64,000 nucleotides of DNA from the human T2T-CHM13v2.0 reference genome, Homo sapiens, in the NCBI RefSeq assembly GCF_009914755.1, contig NC_060927.1; one strand, written 5' to 3'. Position 1 is the first letter of the stretch. Each line of letters begins with the position of its first letter. Positions 36,580 to 56,419 of the stretch are shown here, piece by piece. The notes under the pieces are model-generated. The model was not told the origin of the DNA. It made no database searches and saw only the letters and a program-made list of their open reading frames with translations. The position numbers were made by a program, and so were the translations under genes.

Positions 36580-37096
36580 ATAGTAGCCCCCCGTATCTGC
36601 GGGTGGTATGTTTCAAGACCCCCAGTGGTTGCCTGAAACCAAGATGGTACCAAACTCTAAAAAAAAAAGAACAACTTTAACAATATACCGTAATAAAAGT
36701 TATGTGAATGTGATCTTTCAAATTTTTTTTGTTTTTTTTGAGACAGACTTTTGCTCTGTCGCCCAGGCTGGAGTGCAGTAGCGTGATCTCGACTTACTGC
36801 AACCTCCACCTTCCAGGCTCAAGCTAACCTCCCACCCCAGCTGGGACTACAGGCACATGCCACCACATTCGGCTAATTTTTGTATTTTCTGTAGAGACAG
36901 AGTTTCACCATGTTGCCCACACTGGTCTTGAACTCCTGGGCTCAAGGGATCTGCTGGCCTTGGCCTCTCAAAGTGCTGGGGTTATAGGCATGAGCCTATA
37001 ACCCTCAAAATATCTTAAGAAAAGTAACTGACTGCAGTTGAAAACAGGTAATTGAAATTGTGGTAAGTGAAACCATGGATAAAGCGGGACTACTGT
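36580..37096. mobile_element. MER44/Tigger7-like DNA transposon interrupted by an Alu
   Basis: Degenerate TIRs AGTAGCCCCCCGTATC / GATAAAGCGGGACTACTG and internal CAAGACCCCCAGTGG..GCCTGAAACC. Confidence 0.6.
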
Positions 37097-37654
37097 ACAT
37101 GCTCATTAAAAAAAATTAAGGGCCAGGCATGGTGGCTTACACCTGTAGTCCTAGCTACTCAGGAGGCTGAGGCAGGAAGACTGCTTGAGCCCAGGGGAGG
37201 TCGAGGCTACAATGAGCTGTGATCACACACCACTGCACTCCAGCCTGCGTACCACAAGATCCTGTCTCAAAAAATATATAAAGTAAAAAGAGTGATTTTA
37301 TTTATTTATGAAACAGGGTCTCACTCTGTCGCCCAGGCTGGAGTGCAATGGCATGATCTTGGCTCACTGCAGTCTCCGCCTCTTGGGTTCAAGCGATTCT
37401 CTTGCCTCAGCCTCCTGAGTAGCTGGGATTACAGGCACTCGCCACTATGCCCAGCTAATTTTTTTGTATTTTTAGTAGAGATGGGGTCTCACCATGTTGG
37501 CCAGGCTGGTCTCAAACTCCTGACCTCAGATGATCCCCCAACCTCGGCCTCCCGAAGTGCTGGGATTACAGGCATGAGCCACCGCACCCAGACGAAAGAG
37601 TGATTTTAAATTTTCCTCTTCAAGGGAAGGTATAAATGCCAACCTCATGAAAGG

Positions 37655-37836
37655 TCAGGACTTAGGATCCAGGCCCAGGACCACAGGAGATGGGTTCTTA
37701 GGAGGCTTTAGAAATTTGCTCTGAAGGAAAACTCTTGGCACACACAGGCCTTCTTTTTTATTCACCGTCTCTCGAAACACATACTCGTTTACCACTTCTT
37801 CATAACCTGTGTCCATAAAGAGCTGAGCCAGGAAGT
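37655..37836 (-). CDS. METTL6: METTL6 last coding exon (..DFLAQLFMDTGYEEVVNEY...LDPKS*)
   Basis: AG acceptor at 37838-37837, phase 1, TGA at 37657-37655. The five coding exons sum to 855 nt = 284 aa plus stop. Confidence 0.95.
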
Positions 37837-39222
37837 CTGTAAGACAAGCATCAACAATGCTCAACAGTCTTCATAACATTACATTTGCTTTGCAGTCCTT
37901 GAGGAGGGATAGAGGGCTGAGGCTATTTTAATATTTTTTTAAATGAAAACCTCAATGCTAAAATTTAAAGGTTTTGATTTGGGAACTAATACACTCCTTC
38001 TCCTCTTCTACCCAAACAGAAACCTCCAATTAAACAATTAAATCAGAACAAGGTGAAGGACAACCTGGTGTTCGCATCTTGCCTTATTATGAATTCTCAA
38101 ATACAAAAGCCCGAGTAAAAAGAAACAATTCCAAATTGGTTATATTCCTTTTTTTTTTTAATTAAAAAAAAATTTTTTTTTGAGACACAATGTCACTCTG
38201 TCACCCAGGCTAGATCAGGAGCACGATCTCGGCTCACTGCAACCTCCGATTCCTGGGCTTAAGTGATTCTCCTGCCTCAGCCTCTTAAGTAGCTGGGACT
38301 ACAGGCACACACTACCATGCCTGGTTAATTTTTTTGTATTTTTAGTAGAGACAGGGTTTCGCCATGTTGGCCAGGCTGGTCTCAAACCCCTGACCTCAAA
38401 TGATCCCCCAATCTTGGCCTCCCAAAGTGCTGAGATAACACGCATGAGCCACTAGGCCCGGCCGATTATATTCCTTTTTAAAAATTATCTTATTGTTTCC
38501 CATCTCCGAACAAAAACATAAAAATTGGCTATACTCCTACAAGGTCTGCATGTGCTCAATTTGTTTACATCAAACATCTTATTCATCCTAACACGAAGGA
38601 GGAAAATTTGTGATCAGAGTGGAGAAAAACACCCAGTGGTGACCTAGCTCCAGGAAAATCTAACCCAAATAATACATCACTACACATTAAATGAAACAAA
38701 CAGAATAAATGGTGAGGCAGCAAAAATAAAGACTCGTACTAAGAGCATTGCTCCAGAGAACGTGCTCTGAAGCACTCTGCAGATATCACTGAATCTTCTC
38801 AATATTTACAATTGGTTTAAATTTTATGAATTAAAACATCTTTTGAATTTTAACCTATTTTGATAATTTTGCATTTTTTTTTGTTTTGTTTTGTTTTTTT
38901 GAGATAGGCTTCTCGCCCTGTCGCCCAGGCTGGAGGGCAGTGGTATGATCATAGCTCACTGCAGCCTCCATCTTCTGGGGCCAAATGATCCTCTTGCCTC
39001 AGCCTCCTAAGCAGCAGGACCACAAGTGCATGCCACCACTCCTGGCTAATATTTTTTTTTTTTTATTTTTAGTAGAGACAAAGTTTCACGGTTGCCCAGG
39101 CTGGTCTCGAACTCCTGAGCTCAAGTGATCCTTCTATCTCAGTCTCCCAAATAATTTTGCAGCTTTAATAGTAATCACTCAATTTTAATTCATTTTGGTA
39201 TCTAAAAGAATATTTCATTTCA

Positions 39223-39672
<450 letters not shown>

Positions 39673-40419
39673 TTATTTAAAAACAGATCCAGGACAGGCA
39701 TGGTGACTAACACCTGTAATCCCACCACTTTTGGAGGCTGAGACAGATGGATCACTTGAGCTCAGAAGTTCGAGACCAGCATGGGCAATATGGTGAAACC
39801 CCCATTCTACCAAAAATACAAGAAATTAGCCAGCCATGGTGGCATGTGTCTGTGGTCCCAGCTACTCAGGAGGCTTCGGTGGATCACTTGAGTCTGGAAG
39901 GTGGAGGCTGCAGTGAGCCAAGATCACACCACTGCACTCCAGCCTGGGTGACAGAATTAGACTCTGTCTCAAAAACAACAAAAAAACCAAACCCCAAAAC
40001 AGATCCAATCAATTCTACAGAAAAAGGTTTCCTGACTTTGTGCCATGGGAAAGTAATCTCAAGGCATTATACTGTCAAATTTGCTTTATTTTTAACTGGA
40101 CAAGAAGTTTCTGACTTGCCCTCCCTCTTATTCCAGCACAATTCCTAGTAGGGAATCCACATGGCATGTCAGAGGCTGTCCATTAACCCAAGCTCATTAG
40201 GGGAGTCACTGACACCAGAGAAGGCTTGTGAGCTCTTCAAGGGCAGGGGCCAGGTCTGTGCCTTCCAGGTGCTGGGTAAATATTGTGCAGTAGAGGGCTT
40301 GTTTCAGGGTCTCGTGCACATGTCGCAAGCCTTCTCCAAGCAGCCTTGCAGTGATAATGCAATCAAATAAACAGAAACAAAGAATAAAACATTTAAAGAC
40401 TGGATTCCATTCATCTTAC

Positions 40420-40561
40420 CATCAGTAAAAAAATATGATCTGGTCCCATCTTGTCTAACATAAAAGTTTTCTCCAAGTTTGCTGCTGGCTTTAAACCTAA
40501 GCATGGCATGATCATACAGTCCGTAGTCACGAAACAAGACACTTTTGCCTGGTTTTAATAC
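40420..40561 (-). CDS. METTL6: METTL6 coding exon ([14 protein letters not shown]...RSYFFTD)
   Basis: AG at 40563-40562 and GTAAG donor at 40419. 142 nt containing the conserved LKPG and RDYG motifs of the Trm140/METTL2/6/8 family. Confidence 0.95.
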
Positions 40562-40748
40562 CTATGAAACAAAAGCAGGCTGAACATGACTTTGGAGAAC
40601 CCTGTCAAGATAAAACCTGATTAAGTTAGGACTTAAAATAAATTTGTGATAGTTACTAAGGGGACAGACTGAAATGCCCATAATACGGAACCAAAATGGC
40701 CTACTACTTAAAAAGATAGTAAGACCAGGCAGGGCTCCATAACACTAA

Positions 40749-40931
<183 letters not shown>

Positions 40932-41214
40932 TAGTAGAGATGAGGTTTCACCATGTTGGCCAGGCTAGTCTCGAACTCCTGACCTCAAGTAATTTGCCCA
41001 CCTCAGTCTCCCAAAGTTGGGATTACAGGCGTGAGCCACCTCGCTCGTCCCTGAAGACAATTCTTGAGTACCTCCAAGAGCACCCTGGAATGTCCAGTGT
41101 CACAGGATTAAAATGTTAGAGACCAACCTGGGCAATATAGTGAGACCCCATCTCTACACAAAAATTAAAAATTAGCTGGATGTGGTAGTGCGTCCTGTAG
41201 TCCCAACTACTTCA

Positions 41215-41406
<192 letters not shown>

Positions 41407-42173
41407 CTAGTACTCAAACTGTATTCAACTGTCTCTTAAAAAAACAAACAAACAAACAAACAAACAAAAAACCAGAATGTCGTTTTGGCTCTTTACTGAT
41501 TCAGGTTGGTTTTCCTCATTCTGAGCCTCAGCTCTCATTTCATTGTGCCACAATGTATAGCTCAATCACGGTGCTAATGACTGATACATGCCTAGCATTT
41601 GACTGCTTAACCATACATTTTCTCATTGTATCTTCACCCAACTGTGGGACAAAGGAATGTGATTATTATTCTCACATGAGACACGGAAACCAATACTCAA
41701 CAGGGTTAAGTGATCTGCCAATGATCATACATTAGCTTTTTTTAGACAAGGTCTTGCTATGTTGGCCAGGCTGGTTTCAAACTCCTGACCTCAAGTGATT
41801 CACCTGCCTTGGCATCCCAAAGTGTTGGGATTACAGGCATGAAACACCACACCTGGCCAAACTGTGTACTCTTGACCACTAAACCATAACTCCTCTCACC
41901 TTATAGCAGGACTCCATGGATCCCAGGTAACTGCAAAATCATCCTTGTCCCAGGGCTGGCGAAGCTCTGAAGAGCAGCCATGGCACTGCACAAATCAGAA
42001 TTTAGGGTGGATGTTTTATGCCAGAGGACCCCTTTCTATACACTCACTACACAGCCTACCTAGTGAGAATGGAGAGACTATGTGAATCTAGACAGTACAT
42101 GAGCCTCATGAGGGAAGGTAAGTAAAAGAATCCAGACTGTCCAACCCTCAAGTGCAGGCCCCAAATCACTAAC

Positions 42174-42344
42174 CTTGTAAATGTTTTGTAAGACAAGGTG
42201 CATCTTATCAGGATGAACAGCTGACAGCACAAATATCAACATAACAACATCCACAGACTCTGGCGGTACATGATCCAGAAGATCATCTTTAGTCAGATCA
42301 CACTGGAATACCTTGCATCTTTCTGTATCATATAAAGGATTTTG
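42174..42344 (-). CDS. METTL6: METTL6 coding exon (QNPLYDTERCKVFQCDLT...LQNIYK)
   Basis: AG at 42346-42345 and GTTAGT donor. 171 nt, phase 0/0, IFVLSAVHP motif. Confidence 0.93.
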
Positions 42345-43159
42345 CTACAGGGGGAAGAAATACAAATGAATTTTAATGCAACCACTAGGCTGATACATAT
42401 AGAAAAATACAACATCAAAAGGCGATCCAATTTCCACTTGTATACATAGAAATTATCACTGTTACCAGATAAAACTGATTAATAAATCACTCACTATAAA
42501 GCATGTAATATTCACTACTGCTACAGGAGCAAGACTTCATTTTAATAAATCATTTTTAACTGAGGAGACAATAAGAGTATCACGTACTCAAAACTGAGCA
42601 TTTTAGAAGCATATTATTTCCAGAGGGATGATGATCCAAAACTGGCCTCTGCTTCTTTTTGTTTTTTAAAGAGACAGGGTCTCACTCTGTCTGCTGGGCT
42701 AGAGTGCAGTGGCATGATCATGGTTCACTGCAGCCTTCACCTCCTGAGCCCAAGTTATCCTCCCACTTCAGCCTCCTAAGTAGCTGGAACTACAGGTGTG
42801 CACCACTGCATCTGGCTAAATTTTTATTTTTATTTTTGTAAAGATGGGATCTTGCTATGTTGTACAGGCTAGTCTTGAACTCCTGGCCTCAAGTGATCCT
42901 CCCACTTCAGCCTTCCAAAGTGCTGGGATTACAGGCATGAGCCACTATGTCCTGCTGGCCTCTGGCTTCCTTAATCCTCCTTTGAATCATCTGCTTAAAG
43001 CCTAAACCCTATGAGAAGCCCTTCTAATTCCCCTTGATGAGATGCTCCCGCAGTTCTTCTGGGGTATATTTTCTCTTTATGCAGCAAGCTAAATAAACTT
43101 AACCTTTTTTTGACTACAAATGTGTTCCTGGTACATTTTGGTTGGTAGGCTTCAACACA

Positions 43160-46720
<3,561 letters not shown>

Positions 46721-46733
46721 AAAAATCTACTGT

Positions 46734-47872
46734 GTATAAAGTGGACAGACTTAAGTCCTTATTTAAAACATCGAGACTTTCTAGATGTTTAGAAGTGCAC
46801 AAAGTATGTTAAAAGTAGGGTAGTAAGTAACACATTTTGTAGATATCCTTTTGTTAAAATTCACTGAAATATTACCTTTTGGAAATGTAATGATCAAACC
46901 ACTTCTCTAAGCAGTACACATCATTACATTTGTACTGCGTCAGGAGAAAAGGAGGAGAATAAAGTGCAAAGGGCTTTATACCAATGTGTTTACAGTGAGG
47001 CAAGATTGACCACTGTACCTTATGTCCATGCATTTTATTTTACTTTGCTATGTATATAGTGTATATGAAGGACAAATGAGCCCTAATTTACAACATCTAG
47101 TTCTAGATGTTAAAGAGGTTGACAGCGTATGACCAACGTAGAGTCAGTAACCTAATACACTGAGTACATTTTGTGTTCAAATTCATAGGAAAGACTGTTC
47201 TTAAAAACACTTAGGGAAGTGAAATTGTTAAAGTCCCCTCTAAGCACTACAAATGCTTATACCTATCCACTGAGTTGACAGGTGGGAAGGGTTCTATGCC
47301 AGAATGTTCGTTCCTATTTAGATGACACTTTCAAATGGCAGCTTATTATGTACGTGTAACATTTATTCACGTTTTCAGTTCTTAAGAAGGACTATCCTCT
47401 GGGAGTGACCTTTGTTAATTGACCTCTTAGAACTAGACATAGTCCTGTACTTAGTCACTGGAATGACAGAACAGGATAAAGAAGAACGGGTGGAAGGAAG
47501 GGCTCTTAGTCAGAATCTCCATATCTAGAAGATGGTTTTAGATGAAAAACCACAGGTCTATAGGTGCATTTTTAGTAAAGTACTTGTGTTTATTGTGGAC
47601 AGAGTTTATTATTTTGCAACACCTAAGCTTCATAGATGTCTTGATGTGACAACATATAATAATATAATTAGTAAATATCCATAATGTGTGATAAAACACG
47701 ATACATACTGCGTGATCTTAATCCCATAAAATTGGATACTGTGTCTATGTACACACAGGACCTAGAAGGACAAGTCAAACTGTAAACTGCTTGTGATTGT
47801 GGATGACTGTTCTTTGCTTCTTGTGTTTCTCAGTTTCCTACAGTAAACATATTAACTTTTTAAAAATAAAGG
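46734..47872 (+). pseudogene. Putative retroposed mRNA 3'UTR fragment, parent gene not identified
   Basis: AT-rich sequence with no ORF that I do not recognise as a TE, ending in AATAAA (47865-47870). Similar flanks at 46712-46734 and 48399-48421. Confidence 0.45.
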
Positions 47873-47875
47873 GTT

Positions 47876-51003
<3,128 letters not shown>

Positions 51004-51366
51004 TGATAAACTTATTGTGGTTGTGTAGAAAAAGGCCTTTTTTAAGGGGAGATGTATGCAAACATTTAGGAGTGAAATGTCTTGACATTTGTAATATACT
51101 TTAAAATAGTTCAGCAAAGAAAAATTGTAAAGCAAAAGATGTTAATTATATGGATGTTATTATGGTATTTTTTCCTGCTTTTCTTGAATAAAGCTGTGTT
51201 TCTACATGCACTGTATATGTATGTAAGCAGGACAACTACATGTATGGTGACTATAGCTGGTTAGCTCCAGGGAAGACTAGAATTGGGCAAATGAATAAAA
51301 AAGGCAGATCAAACAAGATCGGCAAGAAAACAGAAACACAGCAGAATACATAGATGGTGCACCAAC

Positions 51367-51501
51367 CTTAACATATTCAATGGCTCTTGGAGAAAAATCA
51401 CAGGCATAGGCAAAGATATTCGGATCTTCTTCTAAAAGTGGGAATAAACAGTTTCCAACCCCACAGCCAGCTTCAAGCATTGTTAACTTTTGATCTTCAA
51501 A
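51367..51501 (-). CDS. METTL6: METTL6 coding exon with SAM-binding motif I (FEDQKLTMLEAGCGVGN...IEYVK)
   Basis: AG at 51503-51502 and GTTGGT donor. 135 nt containing the ExGCGxG and CDFS motifs. Confidence 0.95.
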
Positions 51502-52305
51502 CTGGGGAAAGACAGCTCAAAGTTATAGTATATCACATTTGCATAATGAAGAAATAAACCAAACTAAAAGGTCCAGAATATGAGAGGTCTCCGACCCCAT
51601 GGAGCAGACGATCAACAAGAGAACTAATAAGCAAAAGCTAATACTGGTACTTCATTTGTCATCCAACATTAACAATTTGGTGTGGAGGAAAAAAACAGCA
51701 CAATGGCTAACTCGGCTCTGGAGTTAAACTGCCAGCACCCAAATCTCAACTCCTCCCCTGCATTCTATCCTTGGGTAAATCACTTAAACAGCTCTGTGCC
51801 TCAATTTTACCTTGGGGACAAATGAGTACAATACTAATACTTACACTTCACAGAGCCGGTATAAGGGTCAAATGATAGGCCATGTAGAAAACAGCCATGG
51901 TAAATAGTTACTAACATTAACTATTATATTATTCTGAATCTGTCACTGAAGTCACTTAGCATGAATTTATATTTTTGTTTTTAAAATTTTTAATGTTTAA
52001 AATTTTAAAATTCAGAACATAGGGTCTCACTATGCTGCCTAGGCTTGGCTAATTCATGTTGACTATTCACAGGCACAAGCCGCCTGCCTCAGCCTCTGGA
52101 GTAGCTGGCAATAGCCACCAGACCTGGCTCTTGAATTTAATATATAATGTTTACAACTATCAGATCAGCTTAAAGAAATAGAAAACACCCACTAAAGTTC
52201 TCTCTCCTATATGTTAACCAAACCAGAAACTGCTAAAACTTTGGTGTTAAGACCAAACAGTATATTTCTCTCCTAAAACGCAAAGCATTTTGATAGGCTT
52301 CTTAA

Positions 52306-52631
<326 letters not shown>

Positions 52632-52698
52632 TGAGCCATGGCACCCTCTTCACATTTTAAATGAAGAACAGCTCAGATAAGGCGTAATATTAGCTTAC

Positions 52699-52923
52699 CT
52701 CTCTACATGATCTTAGCTCCTCAAACTCTCTGGTGGTCCAGTGTCTGTCTTTGAAGAAATTAGTGCTATTTCTTTTGTAAAAAAGATCCCAATTTTTCTG
52801 AGCCTCTTGTTCCAATTTCTGCTGTTTAAAATCAGACACCAAAGTTTGGTCTCTTTTCAGTTTCTCCTCTTCTTCAGAGGTGAGAATCCTTGCCTGCAGC
52901 CCTTTCCTTTGCAAAGAAGCCAT
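52699..52923 (-). CDS. METTL6: METTL6 first coding exon (MASLQRKGLQ...RSCRE), tRNA(Ser) m3C32 methyltransferase
   Basis: ATG at 52923, 75 codons, GTAAG donor at 52698, WDLFY..FFKDRHW motif. The exon probably starts at 53047 (CTAAT branch point, pyrimidine tract, AG). Confidence 0.95.
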
Positions 52924-53813
52924 CTCTGAAACTGACGGTAACACTTAACACAGCTGAAGATTCTCCATCACCAAATAATATGAATCCACGCTAATGGATC
53001 AGATACATTTCCTGAGGTGAGTTTCACGCCTCAAACAGCACAGGGGGCTTCGCAGAGAAAAGAATTAGATTCTGGTTAGTGGTTACAGTTCAAGACGCCA
53101 GGTTCAATTCACCAAATGTTTATGAGATGCAGACTGTACAAAAAAAAATCCTTCCCGCTATATGAGAGGTCACAAAGAAGACAAACACACAGTCCCTACC
53201 TTCAGTGGGCTTACATTCATTTCAGTGGCCAGACTATCTCATGCACCATACTTTTATTCAAACCAGATGAGTCAACTATTACAATAAATCGATTTAGTTT
53301 ACGAAAAAGGACGCTCTCAAGAACTGACTGGGAAACCTTGCGAAGAAAATATTCCTCAATTTTCGGTGCCCGCGAAAGGGGTGACTTAAAAACCACAATG
53401 GCCTTAGCTGGAAGCGGGTGGTCAATTGTCAGATACAAGTGAGGTCATCGTTTCCCAAGGGTCGGACCTCCGTTTTTTCGGGGGAAATGAAGCTAAGCCT
53501 GGGTGGGCTCATTTCCTGATCACACTCACAAGAGGCTGTCATAGGAACCAGAGGGAGCGTCACTTTGCAGGGACTGAGACCCTCGCACCGCCATCACCGG
53601 GCAAAGTGGAGAAAGAGACCCAATGACGCGTGGCTGAGGTCCCGAGGATCCATCTCAGGACCCTCAGGATAGACTAGGCTGCATGGGCCCCTAGACCCTG
53701 AGGAGGGCGTCCATGATGGCTAGCCGACCCGCGTTAATTTAGTCAGCCACGCTCAGGGCTCACCGTCATCAGTTCCTAAATTCACCTGCAGGGCTAGGGC
53801 CAGGCGCACTCAC

Positions 53814-53945
53814 CCCACAGCCAGCCCCACTGGGCCTCGGAGGCAGAATACGGGAAGAACCGCGAAACAACCCTAAACCAATTCTGAGGACCACGAATTC
53901 GGATTCTCCGGGAGTTCTTTTGCCATGGCACCGCCCCCGCCACTT
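53814..53945 (-). other. METTL6: Probable METTL6 non-coding exon 1
   Basis: Minus-strand donor GGG|GTGAGT at 53813 within the CpG island, with an alternative CAG|GTGAAT at 53785. The TSS position is inferred. Confidence 0.5.
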
Positions 53946-54191
53946 CCGCTAGGAACCCGGAAGTTCCTACCCGACGCCGGAAGTCCCACGGCCTTGCCTC
54001 CTCAGATTCCTCTCTCACCCCCACGCAGAGGAGAGAACTTGCTTCTGGACCCGGGTGGGTGCCGGCTCGGCTCTCCTTGTCTTCCAGAGCGGTGGCCCGG
54101 AAGCACAGTCCTCCCAGACGCCAGCGCCAGAAGCTCGGATCGCGGCTGCACCGGGAGAGCGCCGATCTGGGTGCGAGGCAGGTGCGGGGCC

Positions 54192-54294
54192 ATGAATGGG
54201 ACCGCAAACCCGCTGCTGGACCGCGAGGAACATTGCCTGAGGCTCGGGGAGAGCTTCGAGAAGCGGCCGCGGGCCTCCTTCCACACTATTCGTT
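54192..54294 (+). CDS. EAF1: EAF1 exon 1 CDS ([34 protein letters not shown]), ELL-associated factor 1
   Basis: gccATG start and T|GTAAGT donor; 103 nt. Confidence 0.95.
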
Positions 54295-56324
54295 GTAAGT
54301 CAGCGCTCCCCACGGTTCCCTTCGGCCGCTCCAGCCGCCACATATCAACCTTGACTCCTTCCTTTCTTCCCTCGGCCCTTCAGATTCCAGGGAACCCCCT
54401 GCCAGCGTCAGTTACTTTCTCTCGAACCCCAAATCCTTTGGGACATCGATTTGTCCCTTCTTTTACCCAGATTATTTCTCCCAAATCTTCGTCACTCCCT
54501 ACTATTCTTCTACCTCACAGTCTCAAACACTAGTTCCAAAGGTCTTTGGCCTCTTTCCATTTCCATCCCTCCCCGCCCCCAACCTCGCCCCTAAGGCAAA
54601 CCTCCCTCCCCCAAGGCAAACCTCCCCCCTCTTATCCGGGTCCACTTCTCCCTCGAAACCCCTCCCCTCCTTTCCGATGCTCCCATCAGGGTTCTCCACA
54701 TTTAAAAGACGCTTCTTGTTTGTTATGAGCCTCATCCACTGCCTTAGAACCCATTCTCTTCCCTGCTTTTCTCCTCCGACTTGGTCCTGGACTCCCAAAT
54801 ACTGTGCTTTGTCCCCTCTACAGCCAAAGAATTGGCATCCTCTCTGCGCCTCATCAGAGTCTTCTTCCATCTCCTTTCTGTGCTTCATTTGACTTGGATG
54901 TCTTTTGAGGTCACCTATACCACCCGGGCTTTTCCTCCAGACCAAGTTCCTTGTGGGTAAAGAGTCAAATCAGAGTTCGTGAGCCTGGGATAGGTTAAAG
55001 ATTGGTCTACGTTTGGAAGCAGAAGAGAGCAGGCGTAAGGAATGTCCAAATAGTCATTATGCCGGACCTTTTTCTACATAATTATAGACGCTGTTGAGAG
55101 AGTGCACTTCCACCCTATGTCCTGGGTGAAGGTTTGGCAGTTAGGAATTGGCTGACAGAGCATCCCTCCGTGATTCATGAACTTCTGGTTTCCGTGGTGC
55201 TAACGCTGTTGTTAAGACTTGTTTTTGTCAGAGGACCTAATAGATGTGACTCAACACATGTGAAGAGGGCGTTTTAGATAATGAAATCCCATCTTTGTGT
55301 AGTCACTTGCCATGCCATTGCTATGCTTCCTACTGACAGCAGATCCAGCTCTTTCAGAGAGAAGAGATGGGAATAAGATAAGAACATCATTTCCTGAAGA
55401 GTTTACTAAGTTGATGTTTTCTTTTGGTGAAGGGCAATGTGGAATTTAAATCATATAGTTCATGTGTGCACCTGTCCTGCAGTTTGAGGCAGGTGTGAAT
55501 GTGAATTAAGATGGCTATTATGTTGTATTCTAACTGCAGTTTAGAAACACGAGCAGGATAACTTGCGGAGATACAGTTCAGTTGTCTGCTATGAACATCT
55601 ACGAAGTGTCTTTGTTAAAGCTGTGGAACTGGCTGAGAGTGGTGGCTGACACTATAATCCCAGTACTTTGGGAGGCCGAGGTCGACAGATAGCTTGAGCC
55701 CAGGAGTTTGAGACCAGCCTGGGCAGCATAGTGAGACCCCATTACTATTAAAAAAAAAAACAAACAAAAAACAGCTATGGAACTTGAGTATGGCAAATCC
55801 TAATTTTGACAGTTTCTATGCGGAATGAAATCAGCTTTTGATGATGCTGTGGCCTTTCATATTTCATATAGAGTTTACAGTCACAGAATCTGTTTCATAT
55901 GCTGTTACTTTTGATCCTCACAACCCTAAAAAAGCAACTTATTATGGATGATGAGACAATTTTCCTCTCTCCCTTGGGAGAAGGGAATATCTTTGTTTAA
56001 TAAAATGGCCTGTAAATTCTTTTTTCCCTCTAGAATAATCAAAAGGGGGTCAGAGGAAAAGTATGTGGAGGTGTAGATGAAACAAGATTGTCCCTGAGTT
56101 GGTAATAATTGAAACTGGATAATGGTATACCAGGTCTCATTGTACGATTCTCTCTACTTTTGTGTATCTGAAGTTTTCCATAACGAAACAGTTTTTTAAG
56201 AATTCTAAATTATTTTTATTTTCCATTCATCTGAGTAATAATTTTAATTCTTAAATGGAGATGCCCAGGAAACCCTTATTATAAGTAACCTGGTGGGTAA
56301 GTGCTTTTTTTCCTTTCCCTTTAG

Positions 56325-56419
56325 ATGATTTTAAACCAGCATCTATAGACACTTCCTGTGAAGGAGAGCTTCAAGTTGGCAAAGGAGATGAAGTCACAAT
56401 TACACTGCCACATATCCCT
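56325..56419 (+). CDS. EAF1: EAF1 exon 2 ([32 protein letters not shown])
   Basis: Pyrimidine tract plus AG at 56323-56324 and GTGAGT donor; EAF-domain YDFKPAS motif. Confidence 0.95.

Larger units (their letters stand above)
53560..54350. promoter_or_regulatory. CpG-island bidirectional promoter of METTL6/EAF1
   Basis: High CpG density, GC box 53931-53940, ETS/GABPA CCGGAAGT at 53957 and 53977 plus a reverse ACTTCCG at 53942. No TATA box seen; the divergent start codons are ~1.27 kb apart. Confidence 0.88.

Noticed and set aside
40304-40419. In-frame read-through of a METTL6 exon into the intron (hydrophobic tail)
   Set aside because: A strong GTAAG donor is present and the sequence gives no evidence for intron retention; it cannot be supported without RNA data.
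53925-54533. 202-aa ORF containing the EAF1 N-terminus
   Set aside because: It is an open frame through the GC-rich promoter and intron 1. Only 54192-54294 is supported by EAF1 homology and the GTAAGT donor, and the upstream ATG lies at or before the likely TSS.
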